A program made the position numbers and the translations under genes. A stretch of 63,899 nucleotides of DNA, counting the filler, from Aduncisulcus paluster (lineage: Eukaryota): the NCBI GenBank assembly GCA_024181965.1. It is 7 parts of 7 records of this genome, joined end to end, with 100 filler letters (N's around TTAATTAATTAA, not from the genome) between each part and the next. Parts side by side here need not be neighbours in the genome. Positions count along the whole stretch, not along the records: positions 25,378 to 42,638 come from BQXS01012437.1; positions 42,739 to 48,528 come from BQXS01012438.1; 5 more parts are not named here. One strand, 5' to 3'. This document shows positions 33,162 to 46,047 of this stretch, in pieces (within the stretch, counting starts at the first letter, position 1; each line of letters starts with the position of its first letter). The notes under the pieces are model-generated. The model ran no database searches. It saw only the letters and a program-made list of their open reading frames with translations, and had not been told where the DNA came from.

Positions 33162-36100
33162 ATGATTAAAAATGTTTATAAACAGATAATTAATTATCTA
33201 TCATTTGTTAAAACTATTCGTATGTCATACTATCGTTCATTCTCTAGTTTTTCTTCATTTCAATTCTGATTTTTTACATATCTCATTATTATCATCAATT
33301 TTATATAATTAATTGGATTTTAGCTGAACAATCATTGCTTCTTGACCTAATTTTCAAGTTAGAATTCCATTCTGTTTCTGACATCGTTCGATTGGATATG
33401 TGTGGTTTTATTTTATGTGATAAGTTCATTGATGATGTAGTTATCCCTCTCCTCTCCTGTCTTCCAAACCTAGGGTATATTCGATTCGCCAACTATGTCA
33501 AGCAGCGTCAAGATTTCCCTTTCTTACAGCATTCTCATCCCCTTTCTTCTGCAGGGATCTTTCGTTTGCTCTGTGAACTTCAAGCATATCAAATATATGC
33601 CTTTGCCAATGGAATGAAAGCTTTTAAACATTGTACTCGCATCGACGATGACAGCGACTCTCAAGATGATCCAAAGTCGGAACAAACATCATCACGAGCA
33701 AATCTTATTGATGAATTCAATTTGGGCCCCATGCATCCCATTCCACGCAAAAGAGATGCAGATACTTCCCATAAAGATTTCATGGATCAATATCTTGGTT
33801 CCATTATTGTTCCTCCCACCTCTTACTCATCTATCTCTCCTTTTTCTTCATTATCTTTGCGTGTTTCCTTTGGTACTTATTGCATTCCCCTGCCTCACCG
33901 TCGACTATACAAAATGGTCTGTCATTTAGCCTTTCTCCGCCGTGCTTCAACTCTTTTGAATCCAAATTACCCTCTTCCACAAACCAAAACAATTCTTGAT
34001 GCCACTATACTCACAAATGCACTTCATTTTGTGACAGAATACCTCTCAACCGAACTTGAAGCTTACGAATTTGATCGGGTATTCATGATTGAAAATGTTC
34101 CTTGGTTATTTGCGAAAGAATTTCTTTTATTTGCATCAAACTCTGATAGTGAATTCGCAGATGGTAGATATTCATGTAGGTGTGATCACTGTAAGACTAG
34201 AAATGCTTTGTTTATTGAAGATCTTAGGTATCTTGCCCCATTCCACATATTCTCATGGCAAATGTTGTCACAAATGGACGATCTCAAGGAATATTACGAT
34301 AAATCTTCAATGTGGAGATGTGATTTTGTCACGACCCCCTTGTCTCCGATGCATGATGATCTCATTTTCATTGTTCTCTCCCAATTTCCATATTTTTACA
34401 TAGCTGCTGAGGAAACTGGATTATCTTGTTCAATTATTCTCAAAGCTATGTCAATCATGAAGAAAAGGTTTGATTTTGGATATGAATTAAGGACTCGTAA
34501 GACCCAAAAAGGTAGCGAAGTAATATCAGAGCTTCTTGAAACTGAATTGGATGATTCTTCCGACAATTTTGAGTGTAAATATCGACAGATTATGAGATCA
34601 AATTGTATTTTTGGTTCCTCATGCATCCCTAACAATACATTATCATTCGTATTAGATATTTCCCTGGAAAATCTAAAAGAGTTTTGTTCAAAGACTCCTC
34701 AACTATCATCATTTCCAAAAGATATTGAATCATTATGGCATGATCTATTCAATGTCTTCTCAACCAATAATTTTTATATTCTTCCAAGCCCCAAAATTCA
34801 AAGTTGTCCTCATTCGGAACAATATCCAGACCTTCCAAAGTCAATTGATTGTTTTGAATCAAAATTTGAAGAAGAGGATGAGGAATATTCATTTAATGAC
34901 TTTGAGGAATCAACGAATGATGATTCATCACAATACAGATATGACAGTGTTGCCATTGATTCCCATCCTATCGAATCTTCATACACATCAGTATCTGCTA
35001 TATGCACTCTGATTCCAAAAATTAAATACCTCGATAATATGACAACGCAGGGTTCAACCAGTGCAGAAATGCTGGCACAGGGCCGATCTATTTCGAGCGC
35101 TATCAATACTCTCCATCTACAATGTGCCATCAATGAAAGGGAGTCCATTAGAAGGAGAAATGCAATCGATCTCCTAAAAGAAGAAATGAAACAAATGGAT
35201 AAAAACTGCACGATTATCCCTTTTCCATTCATTCCTTTCTCCCATGTTTCGAACTATGAATCCTTGATGACATTGTATCAAATTGAACCTTTGTTTGATT
35301 GGTATGACGGGACTATTAATGATTTGATATCAACATTTTTATGTGAATATATTTCTCCACATGGATTCCTTCAACCTATTCCTCAAATTGAACAACAACT
35401 TGATTCTACACCTTTTGAAGATTCCATTGAAATTGAACAATCCGAGATGTCCACGGTGGAAATGATGGTTATTCCTCCATTTCTCACTAAATGCACCCAT
35501 ATTACGTCTCTTAATTTACGAATGAGTAGCCCTTTCAAAACGTTGTATATTTTGAATGAACTCTTGCTCAGCAATTCTCTTGTTCATATCAAGAAACTCA
35601 CAATCGAAAGTTGCACCATTTCACACTCCCTTGTTCCAGTGTTCACTTCTTTGCTCCGAAATGAACCTTTTTTGGATATTCGAGATTTGAGTACTCGTGT
35701 TTCACGCTCTGACAACTTCAAATATCTTGAATCACTCAATTTGCATCGGTTTGTTCATGATCATCTCAATGATACTGAGATCGAGGATATATGCTGCAGC
35801 ATTGAGAAATATGTTCCCATCCTCAAGGATTTGGACATTCAAGCTTGCAAGTTCACTCCAAAGCAGAAACTTCGTCTCTCTGTTCTTCAAGAATCGGCCA
35901 CTAACATTAAATTAGAACTAGATTTCGATTCTGAGAGCCAAATTCATGAATTCAGTTCCAAACTCCGTATATGCGTCAATTTGAGTTCCATTGACTTTGG
36001 TTTTAACAATTCTGGAATACGATGTGGAAGCCTGATCCCATCTCTCTGTTGTCTCCATAAACTTCAGAGTTTAACAATTAATTGGGCTTCAGGATCCTTT

Positions 36101-36727
36101 ACAGATGGTTCAGAAACGTATTTCCTTGGAGATGCTATCAAATCGATGCCAATGTTGAACAAGATTTGTCTCCATTATCTTGAATTTGGTTCAGAAGAAA
36201 GTGTAGAAAAGTTTGTTGATGGTTTATGTTCGGGTCCAAAGTTCATGATTGACTTCGAACTTTGCACAGTCTTGATTCCATTTCCAATGTGCGTCGAACA
36301 TTTTGCAAGATTCATCAGAAGTGCTCAAAACAGTTTGGAAAAATTTCATCTCGATCTCGATGTTCCCTTCGAGCCTGATTTGGTCCATCTTAGATCGTTT
36401 TGTGGGAGTTTGATTGAGTTTCCTCGCTCCTTTGCTGGTTGTGCTCACCTTTCAACTCTTATTCTCCGCGGTATTCCATCATTTGATTTACCCGCCTTTA
36501 AAGTATTTACTGATATTGTTTCTCCCCTACACATTCAATATATTAATATCTCTGATTGTTATTTTATTGGAAACGAAGGTGCACTATATATGGCCAATGC
36601 TTTCCATGATGAGCCTGAAGATGAATATATAATAACCATGAGAGAAATTGGATGTACTCATGAAATCTCAAGTCGTCAAATTAAAAGACTCTCAAATGGA
36701 AATGTATGTTTGCAGCTAGGATTTTGA
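33162..36727 (+). CDS. RNI-like leucine-rich repeat protein: exons 33162-33219 and 33324-36727
   Basis: Phase-1 GTATGT...TTTAG intron (33220-33323) joins MIKNVYKQIINYLSFVKTI-P to EQSLLLDL. C-terminal LxxLxL repeats (ITSLNL, LESLNL, LKDLDI, LQSLTI, LSTLIL, INISDCYFIGNEGALYMA). Confidence 0.8.
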
Positions 36728-37242
36728 ATATCTATAATGTGATTGCATTTGTCTTTGCCTGTTCATATTTAAAAAGTTTGTTCAACTCATAACAAACCGT
36801 TCTAAACAAGATCTATATTAATGATATTGATATAAATTATATAACGATTTATTGATTGTTACTGCAGAAAAGAATGAATAACAAACCATCAAATTCCATT
36901 TCTAAAATAGAAAAAAGGTGATATAGAAACAAAATTTGATATCCATATATAGAAAATGTCAAGTACCTTGACATGTTTAAAAGTGAGAGGTATCGAGAAG
37001 AAAACAGAAAAGAAATAATCATAAATTATTAAATAATTGTTTGTATTAGTTCAAATATTAATAAATTATTAATTAATAATATCATAAAATAAAGGATTTA
37101 ATTTTAAAACCAAGACACTCTGATGAGTGTTGAGTTTGAGTAAAAATAAAATAAAATTATAACAAACAGATCACATAAAATCAAAAAATTTCAAAATAAT
37201 TCTACCTAATAGATAGTACCTATAATAATAATTGAGAAGATC

Positions 37243-40200
37243 TCAGCTGAGAACGCAACACATAATCATAACGGTGATAATCGCGATACAGCTTAAGACC
37301 AATAATGATAATGACACAACGAATCCTTGGATTGTCATATACTCAAGAATATCACACTCTTTTATGACGCTAAATACATTATCACGCATCACGTAATATG
37401 AAGGAGAGATAGAATCTTCTAGATCAGACACTAAGGAAACAGAGGACTCTGCGGCTGAGTAGATAGGTGTACGTCCAATGGAAATATCGAAGAGTAGCTC
37501 AGAGGCAAGCGAGGAAACACTACATAAATCCTCAATTTCAACCAAATCAGTATCAACAACATTGTCAACCCAGATAATCAGAGCATAGGATTGACCTGCA
37601 GGCATCTCTGCAACAATTAGGCCATATGAAAGATCCTCAGAAGGATCGACTAAGTTGGATTTTTCTGTTGTAAGAGAACCACACGAACTCAGATCAACTC
37701 GAGCATACCTAATGACTTCACTTTCATCACTCATATCAACAGATATGGAACTTGTGAGCATAGATTCATCAATCAAATACGATTCCTCAAGATATCCGGA
37801 CTGGAAATCGTATATTTCTCTCCGATTCATGATATCAGCATCGATCAGCGACTCAAATAACATTGGATGGAGTTCAGACAGGAACATCTTCGAAACATCC
37901 CCATCATCCAGCATTGAGATCATTTCGTCTTGTTTGTATTCCAAGGGGAAGAATATATCCCCATGTATTGTAATCACACACAGGTCATAGATAGTGTCAA
38001 TATTGGACACAATATCGCTCTTATCATCAAATCCCACTGAAGCTTCAACAAAGATCGTCACAACTCCCTGTGGAACGTTACTATCGACTGAATTGAGCGA
38101 TTTGGACAGAGACAGGAAGATCAATCCACTGCNNNNNNNNNNNNNNNNNNNNCTCTCCGATTCATGATATCAGCATCGATCAGCGACTCAAATAACATTG
38201 GATGGAGTTCAGACAGGAACATCTTCGAAACATCCCCATCATCCAGCATTGAGATCATTTCGTCTTGTTTGTATTCCAAGGGGAAGAATATATCCCCATG
38301 TATTGTAATCACACACAGGTCATAGATAGTGTCAATATTGGACACAATATCGCTCTTATCATCAAATCCCACTGAAGCTTCAACAAAGATCGTCACAACT
38401 CCCTGTGGAACGTTACTATCGACTGAATTGAGCGATTTGGACAGAGACAGGAAGATCAATCCACTGCTTAAGTTCTTCAGTGGGTAGGTCATGGAAAAGA
38501 GGTCAGGGGTGGACAATGCATCCCGACAGTAAGCTCTTCGACTGACATCGACAGAAGGAGACCTCGAGTGCATGGGGAAATATATAGAGAATCCAGAGGA
38601 GGACACCACCATGGTTGTTATAATACTGCTCAAATAGGGTAAGGAATCTGTATCTTGTGAAGATTTATACGAATCGGAGAACTCAGTGACGATACGATCA
38701 TCATAAGCTTGGAATATGAGATTTTCATTCACAATCCTCTGATCAAAATAGTAATCGTCCTCGTCAGAAGGCGTAGAATAACCGAATAATTGGCTATTCA
38801 ACTCATACCAATCATAGAGGGAGAGAATAGAGTAATCACAGTTTTCTGTCACTAATTTCCCAGAATAGACATCTTCGTTAACGCTCACACACATCTTCCT
38901 GAGAAGTTTCTCAGAGAATAACTTCACAGGAATATGAGTACCAACGTGATAAAATGATGTATTTATCGCTCTTTCTTCGTTCTGGAAAGTAATATCAGTG
39001 TCAAATTTGAAAGAATCCCAAAGAGAACGCGTAGAATTTGGCAAGTATGAAAACAGACCATAACTATCAGTCAAAAACTCAATATCAGTGTAGTCAAATG
39101 ATTCAGATGAGAATAGATCGGTGTCTAAACAAATCGCATCCTCAGGTTCTGTTGGATAAGTAGAACCCTCGGATGTCTCAGAACAAGAGAGAATGTCATC
39201 GTATTCTAGTAATGTGTCATCAATGAACAACATCACGACGAGGAGTCCACTTTCTGTCAACACGTGCCAGTTGTACGTCACATCCACAGAAAATATCTCA
39301 TGAACTCCAAAAGCAGGACTAGATAGTTTATCGAGGTGAACATAACCGTCCTTCACATTGTGCAACAGCGGATAAGATAATACAGATGTTGAGAAGGCTG
39401 TTTCATCGAGGGGCTCAATGTAATCGATCGGAGGGATGGAATTACCGTCGATAACCGTATTTTCATCCAATAATACAGGGTGATAGAGAAGATTAGGGGC
39501 AAACGGATTGTCTGTATGCAACAAGGAGAAAGAACTGATATCAAGGGTGGCACAAGTGTCTCCGTCATTTCCTGTGCGTTCCATCACCGCAAGCGTCCGA
39601 GTAATATCGAAAACCATGGAATAAGATGGGAAAAACGAATCAATAAAGAGTCCAGGTCTCGCAGAAGAAGAATTAGCCCATCTTGTCCAATCGAATCCAC
39701 TTCTGTTACAATGATTCATATCAATATCGAGAAAGACACACCCGCCAAGAACTCCTTCTGAAGAGAAGGGAAGTCCAATGGAAATAATTGACTTTGAGGT
39801 ATCTACATTCTCGGTATGGGCAATTGATATGGGGATGTTTTCCATAGATCCGCCGACAGAACGTAATGTGTGGGCATAGAATAATTGTTTCAAACGTTTT
39901 GAAAACAATGCGAGCTGTCGATGTGATCTTGCAACTTCAAGAATAGAGAGATCCTCTGAGTTCTGGTCAGTATTTTGCAATTCTTCGGTATAAAAGACAA
40001 TATCCATCGTCTCAAGGATTCCATCGAAGGAACATACAAGCTCCCGCATCACTCTCTCGCTTCGATCAAGACCAGACAATTCGTTAGAGGAGGTAGAAAT
40101 CTTGGTAAGATATACCAATGGAGTAATAGCGGAATCAGAGAATTTGTTCCTGAAAACTTCGAGAGTATGGGGAGTAAAATTCACACCGAAACTCATATAC

Positions 40201-41648
40201 ACTAAAAATAGGGAGCTACCTACTTCTAATCTGGGAACAGGATGGTGAATATCATAGTATTTGATGATAGATTCATCAGTACTGCCATATGAGGAACCAT
40301 CTCTGCTCGCATTCAATCGCTTAGTCAAGTCACTGGACATGACAGATGAATTCAGGGCAGCCGAGAGCATAGAGACCGATATGTCAATGGCTTCTGTTCG
40401 AATTGAGTGAAGTTCAGACATTGAGGGTGTCATCAGGGAGGAAATGGAAATAGTACTAAAAAACCCCTCTAATTCTTCCTTTATCTGCGTGCTAGAGAAG
40501 CCAGAATAGAGGAACAGTCCATCTTTTTCAGAAATATCACCCTTAATAAATGTATTATCCTCAAAATCAGTTATTTCTGTCGATTTTATACAGGTTGGAT
40601 ATATAAACATGTAATCAAACTCTGTCAACTGAGATAGGACGATATATATCTGTTCATGAAGGATAGATATCATCGAAGAAGCGATATCTTCATTAGAATC
40701 GAGGGAAAGATATGCAGATAATTCATCATTCAAGCACAGATCGAGAATAATTACAATAGCTCGTGGCAAACCACCAGAAACAGCGAGGGCGAACTCATTG
40801 GACGAAATACCACTATAGAGAACCTGATCAGAGAGAGGAACATCATGCTCAGAGCCGACTGTGAGTGATCGAAGGGCAGGGGCAAAGATCTCCGCATCAG
40901 TTCCGGCATGAACAACTCGAGCCCTCAATATAGGCCTGGGCTGATGAGAAAGCTCTGAACCATCAATACCATATTGAATCATACTCTTTGCATCATCTTC
41001 CTCATCAAATTCCAGAAAAGAAGTGAGTTTTTCGGTGAGAGAAGAAGGAACATTCACAGATGAAAAAAGAGAGTCTGGAGAAAGAAAATATTGACCAGAC
41101 TCAGAAAAATCAGCATATTCAACACCTTTTGCCTTTGTTCCAATTGTCATACCACTGTGAAGGGATGATTTCGCAGGAGGACGAATAACACAATTTTCTA
41201 AATTCACGGGGGTTCCATCAATATGAGTATGAGTTAAATCATATGAAATTGGGAGAAAAGATGATGAAACTGCAGTGGCAGCTTCGGAGGGGTCAGAACA
41301 AATAGACAAAATATCATTCTCTTCATCAATGTAGGATAACATAGAAAAAGATTCAGCAGCTAATAATTGTAAAGAACGCAAATTTTCATACACCAATGAG
41401 AATTGTCGCGATATTTCCCCAGCTATTAAGGAAGAAACTTCGCTATCAATTTCGACTGATTTTGAATGTTGTGCGAGAAGATCACCAAAGAAATCCACTT
41501 CTGAATTTTCGCTAAATATTTCCTTGATGCCTTCGGATATCTTCGAAACAGAAGATAATATCTCAGCATCATCGTCAAGAGTTGAAGATAGGACAAATCC
41601 GACAAATATAAAAATTACACAAAAAAAAGAGATAAATTTGAATTTCAT
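37243..41648 (-). CDS. Alpha2delta/CACHD1-like type I membrane protein (signal peptide, degenerate VWA, Cache domains, C-terminal TM); about 1356 aa when the gap duplication is collapsed
   Basis: N-terminal hydrophobic signal, PRAIVIILD VWA strand, ISIGLPF..GVLGGCVFLDI, LLYHP, DVSRRAYCRDAL...SMTYP...LIFLSLSKSL...GVVTI Cache motifs, C-terminal TM. 37818-38132 duplicates 38153-38467. Confidence 0.7.
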
Positions 41649-41886
41649 GAAACGAATATAACCAAATAAAAGTTGTAAACTATATTTCTAATACTACACG
41701 CCGAGAAAACTTGATTTAGTGTTTCTGTGAAGGAATACAAATTAATTTTGCTCAATTCATCCCACACACACATCTTTTATGCAATAATTTTGGATTATTT
41801 TTTTATTTTATCTTGAATTTCAAGTGAAAGAGAAAGTTTTCAAAAATATATCAAATGAACGTGAAACAAATGCAATAGCACATAAT

Positions 41887-42638
41887 CTATTCTTTTCTCG
41901 ATTTTTTAGTGACCTTTTTGGTCAATTTCTTTCTTTTTTCTACCAATCTCGATTTTTGAGTATCCTTTTTGTCGACAGCCTTCTTCAACCTCTTATAGGC
42001 TCTCTGTTTCTTCTTTGGAAGCATCATGAATCGTTTCTTAAGTTCCTCTGCCTCTTCCTTCTCCTTTTTCTCCTTCTTTTCCTTGATCTTCCTTGCCTTT
42101 TCCTCTTGTTCTCTCTTCAATCTGACCTCTTCTTCTTCTTCTTCATCCTCCTCCTCCTCCTCTTCCTCCTCCTTCTCTTCCTCTTCTTTTCTTGCGGCCT
42201 TTCTTTCTCTCCTTAATCCCTCATTCCTCTTCCTTTGAAGCTCCTCTCCGAGTTCCAGGACGTTCTCTTCATCCTCAACTTCGACATCATCCACACCTTC
42301 TCCTTCTCCACTCAGAAGGATTCCAAGGAGTCTTCCGTCACCACTCGTGCCATCTTCGGACGATCCAATGCTTTTCCTAAGACGATACTCGCGGACACAC
42401 TTCAGAATCTCCTTCATCCGCTCTGGAATATAGTCACCATCCTCATATTTAACAAAGGGAGACAGATGGGGAGGACAAGACTCTCCAACAAAGTACTCAG
42501 GACAAGGGAGAAGGGTTCCAAAGTTGAAACAATCAAACACCCACTGGGGTTGGATGTATTCCACATCGGTACGCTTGCGAATGACCTTTGGACGATCAGA
42601 AATAACATGGGTGATACGGTGAGGGTATCCATCAACCT
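41887..42638 (-). CDS. PES1: Pescadillo/Nop7 (5'-partial; BRCT domain and C-terminus)
   Basis: ITHVISDRP...EYIQPQWVFDCFN...EYFVGESCPPHLSPFV...YIPE and MMLPKKKQRAYKRL. Confidence 0.93.
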
Positions 42639-42738
42639 NNNNNNNNNNNNNNNNNNNNNNNNNNNNNNNNNNNNNNNNNNNNTTAATTAATTAANNNNNN
42701 NNNNNNNNNNNNNNNNNNNNNNNNNNNNNNNNNNNNNN

Positions 42739-42999
42739 GAACTTCTGTCTTGCACCCCTTTGTGGGCCGTCACGTAATGGGATTAAAAAAGAGAACACCA
42801 ATCTACACTGGTCTTTTGAAAGGCCGAATGAACGTTTAAAAACTTCATCAAAATCCAATCTGTCCCTCAAGGCCCTACATTTCACATTCTTGAATTCATC
42901 TTCATCATCTTCACTAAGATCATCAGATGTTAGTCCACTAACACCATCAAACAATTCTTCTTCGTCGTCAAGGTTATCAATAATTCCTGAAAATGACAT
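42739..42999 (-). mobile_element. N-terminus of a PIF/Harbinger(ISL2EU)-like DDE transposase (partial)
   Basis: DEVFKRSFGLSKDQCRLVFSFL...RGARQKF resembles the Harbinger-type N-terminal helix motif (FxxxFxLSKxxFxxL); truncated at the contig edge. Confidence 0.5.
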
Positions 43000-43053
43000 T
43001 ATTATAGTTTGCAAATAAAACAAGGGGTTTTCACATTGTTTTGACCGTTTTCG

Positions 43054-43317
43054 TTAATCCTGCCGGTTTTCGTAATCGGCCAGCCGATAACTTCGAGTCG
43101 TAAAATGTGTCACTCCAGAAAGAATCTTCACGACACGCAATGCAGTCGCTGAACATAATGTCGACCAAGTTCGTTTGCCTCCTAACGCTTTGTAGTGTTT
43201 GAAATCCCTTGAGAATTTCCTCCACGTTTCAGGGTTAAGCGTTTCCAGGTAAGGAATTTGTATTCCTGTCATACGAGAGTCCTGATCGGATTTCTTGTTT
43301 CTCACAATCTTTCCCAT
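43054..43317 (-). mobile_element. Truncated gag-like ORF (copy 1) adjacent to retroelement pol
   Basis: IPYLETLNPETWRKFSRDFKHYKALGGKRTWSTLCSATALR is homologous to the ORF at 47915. Confidence 0.55.
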
Positions 43318-43639
43318 CTCTCAATAGTACTATTGTAGTTTGTGGTCAGAATTGTTTGAGACAATTTATTGAATAAAGGCAGGGATCCAGGATCTATAAA
43401 TAGACCTTGAGAATCTTTATGGATTCCCAACACAGCAGAGCCATCTCAGAAAGTGAAATGCCGAGGAAAGAAAGGCAGAAATTGAATACGTTAAAAAGCT
43501 AACGGATAATATTCAAAAACTTAGAGAAAAGGCTAAGGAAAGACAAAGAAGGAAAGAAACAAAAGGTATTGCAGACGACGAAGAAGAAAAGCTTCGGACA
43601 TTCCTTTGGGAATCTTTATGGATTCCCAACAGTTCTTCT

Positions 43640-44565
43640 TCCAAAACATCCAAACTGAACAAGTTCTGGGGACAATGAGCCCGAGATAACACATCAGCTA
43701 TTATATTGTCTTTTCCAGGCATATGCTCAATATCAAATTCAAACTCTTCCAATCGAAGTCTCCATCTTGTTAGCTTAGCATTGGGTGTTTTCTGGATGTA
43801 AACTAAATTTCGATGGCCCGTACGTAACAAAAACTTCTCCCACGTAAATATAGGCTTCCTGTTCGCCGGTGCTCCATCTTGTCTGAGTTGCTGTTAACTT
43901 CTTAGATACAAATAAAATCGGATGTTCAATACCATTCCTATCCTTCTGCATCAATACAGCACCTACACCCACAGACGACACGTCGGTGTATAAAATCAAT
44001 TCCAGATCCTCCTGCAGGGGAACCAATTCATGACCAGTTCTCAATTCTTCAATTACTTCCCGAAAGGCCGCTTCCTGTTCTTCTTTCCATTCCCAATCGT
44101 TCGCCTTATTCATTAATCTCGTTATTGGTTCTAACCTTGTTGAATAATTCGGGATACTCACAGAAATAATTAACGAATCCCACGAATGATTGAACCTCTT
44201 TTCGATTTGTTGGAGGGCTTAATATCCTCAACTCTTTTTGGACTAATTCGTCTTCCCTTTTTTGAAATAATCCACCAAGTATTCCACTTCTGGGGTTCCA
44301 AAAGAACATTTTTCCCAATTAAGTTTCATCACTTCCTACATTAATCGAATAAACTCATCTTTGGTTTTCGCATAAATAATAATGTCATCTAAATAAACCA
44401 ACACACTCCGTGATAAATTAAACACACTCCGTGATAAATTAAATCGGCAAAAACTTCCGATATCACTTTCTGAAAGAAAGCTGGAGCCGTTGTAATACCG
44501 AACGGAAGGACATTATATTCGTACAACCCTAAGGGTGTAGTAAATGCTGTGTACTTACGACCAAG
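43640..44565 (-). pseudogene. Degenerate Ty3/gypsy-like pol (RT + RNase H), multiply frameshifted
   Basis: TAFTTPLGLYEYNVLPFGITTAPAFFQ, VYLDDI (YLDD at 44384-44395), PPTNRKEVQSFVGFVNY, LYTDVSSVGVGAVLMQ, WSTGEQEA, RWRLRLEEFEFDIEHMPGKDNIIADVLSR. Confidence 0.92.
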
Positions 44566-44720
44566 CTTTCTCAAAAATATCGACATCGTTAAAAAGAATA
44601 ATAAATAAATAAAATAATATGTCATTAAAATGTATATGGGAAAAAAACTATCAGAATCGATAGAAACAGATTAGTAATAGGAATATTACATATTCTACGT
44701 ACCTTATGAAGCCAAGATAA

Positions 44721-45370
44721 TTGGAACAAATGAAATTAAAAACAAAACAATTAGGAGACATTTTAATGAGAAAAAGACGTTCCAAAACAGTTTATACCAT
44801 TCTTCATGGTTCGCTTGGTGTGAACAAAAAAGACATCCTTGAAATATTATCTTTTACAACATCTTCAGAGCTAAAAATTATAAACAATTCTAATATACAA
44901 TGTTTATTTTGTAAAAGAGAGTTTTTAAACTCTTATTCGTCATTAATTGACCACATTATCTCACGTTCTCATATTCAGTGCCTTAAAGAGAATTTAAAAC
45001 CACAAAAACAATTATACTTAAATTTTTTGATTATATTATTGAAAAGGCTACAGTTACAGAGACATCCCTATTTCGAATTGCCAAAATAATAGATATTGAA
45101 ATGATGTAGATTATTCAAAAACTCCCAAGGCACATTCATATCCCAACAAGTTCTTTATATCGGCACGAAGAAATCTATTTAGATAAAACTCGCATCAAAA
45201 TATTCTGAATTGAAAGATATCACCATGATATTAGATAAGGCTACTTTTCGTGGAACGAATGTTCTTGGAATCGTTGTAAAAACAATGTGAAAGATATATG
45301 CACTTGATTTTATTAATATTTCTGATATCAAAATGTCCTTACTTAAGCAATTTCATCTTCTTGTCAAGGG
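44721..45370 (+). pseudogene. Degenerate hAT-like transposase 5' part (Zn finger + first catalytic Asp region)
   Basis: IQCLFCKREF...SSLIDHIISRSH Zn finger. After frameshifts and stops the sequence reads ITMILDKATFRGTNVLGIVV...IYALDFI. Confidence 0.55.
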
Positions 45371-45451
45371 AAAAGGACATGATACGGACGAATCCAAGCA
45401 GTATGGTAAAAAAAGAAGAAGAAAAATACAGATGTAATATCCATAAAACGG

Positions 45452-45967
45452 TTGTTAAACTCAAGCCTCCCCGTCCTAACAAAAGATATAAAATCTTTAA
45501 GTGTAAAGGCCTATTTCCAGATTACCGAGTTAATTGATGAGATTGAGAGAGAAGAAGATCAAATGGTGTCGATGATTTCAATGGGGTTTCTATGTAAATT
45601 ATTAAGTCAAGAGTTTGTTACGAGTCGCGTAACAGGAAAGAGGTTTTTGGGTGACACTGACAAGGACCGCATTGTTCTAAAGGTCCTAAGTAAGCACAAA
45701 CCCTTGTGTGATACCCCAAGAGCGGAAGTTTTGGGGCATTATAGACGAAGATTACGGGGGAAGGTCGAAGACAAATATAATAATCTTAAGAGGACTAAAA
45801 CCGTCTTATCAGATCTTATTGTAAAATATAAAACGGATTTATTGGAATTGGGATTGTATAAGAGTGAAATTGAACATTATACTGGAAAAGCCGATTGGAC
45901 TTCAATTGTACTACAATCAGAACTCCCTCAAGCTACCCAATTCGAATATTTGGAGCTTCAACAATAA
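45452..45967 (+). CDS. Transposon accessory ORF, possibly a BEN-like DNA-binding domain
   Basis: LCKLLSQEFVTSRVTGKRFL...DRIVLKVL...LRGKVEDKYNNLKR loosely follows BEN-domain spacing; it lies directly upstream of the transposase. Confidence 0.35.
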   Translation: MLNSSLPVLTKDIKSLSVKAYFQITELIDEIEREEDQMVSMISMGFLCKLLSQEFVTSRVTGKRFLGDTDKDRIVLKVLSKHKPLCDTPRAEVLGHYRRRLRGKVEDKYNNLKRTKTVLSDLIVKYKTDLLELGLYKSEIEHYTGKADWTSIVLQSELPQATQFEYLELQQ

Positions 45968-46047
45968 ATATTTTGTTTCCGAATAAAATAATAAATATTT
46001 TCATTGTTGTCTTGCGTGTGTGAAAAAATATTCCTTTTTGATTACCG

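Noticed and set aside
44401..44442. 21-bp tandem duplication just upstream of the RT YLDD motif
   Set aside because: Ordinary decay in an already frameshifted pol pseudogene.
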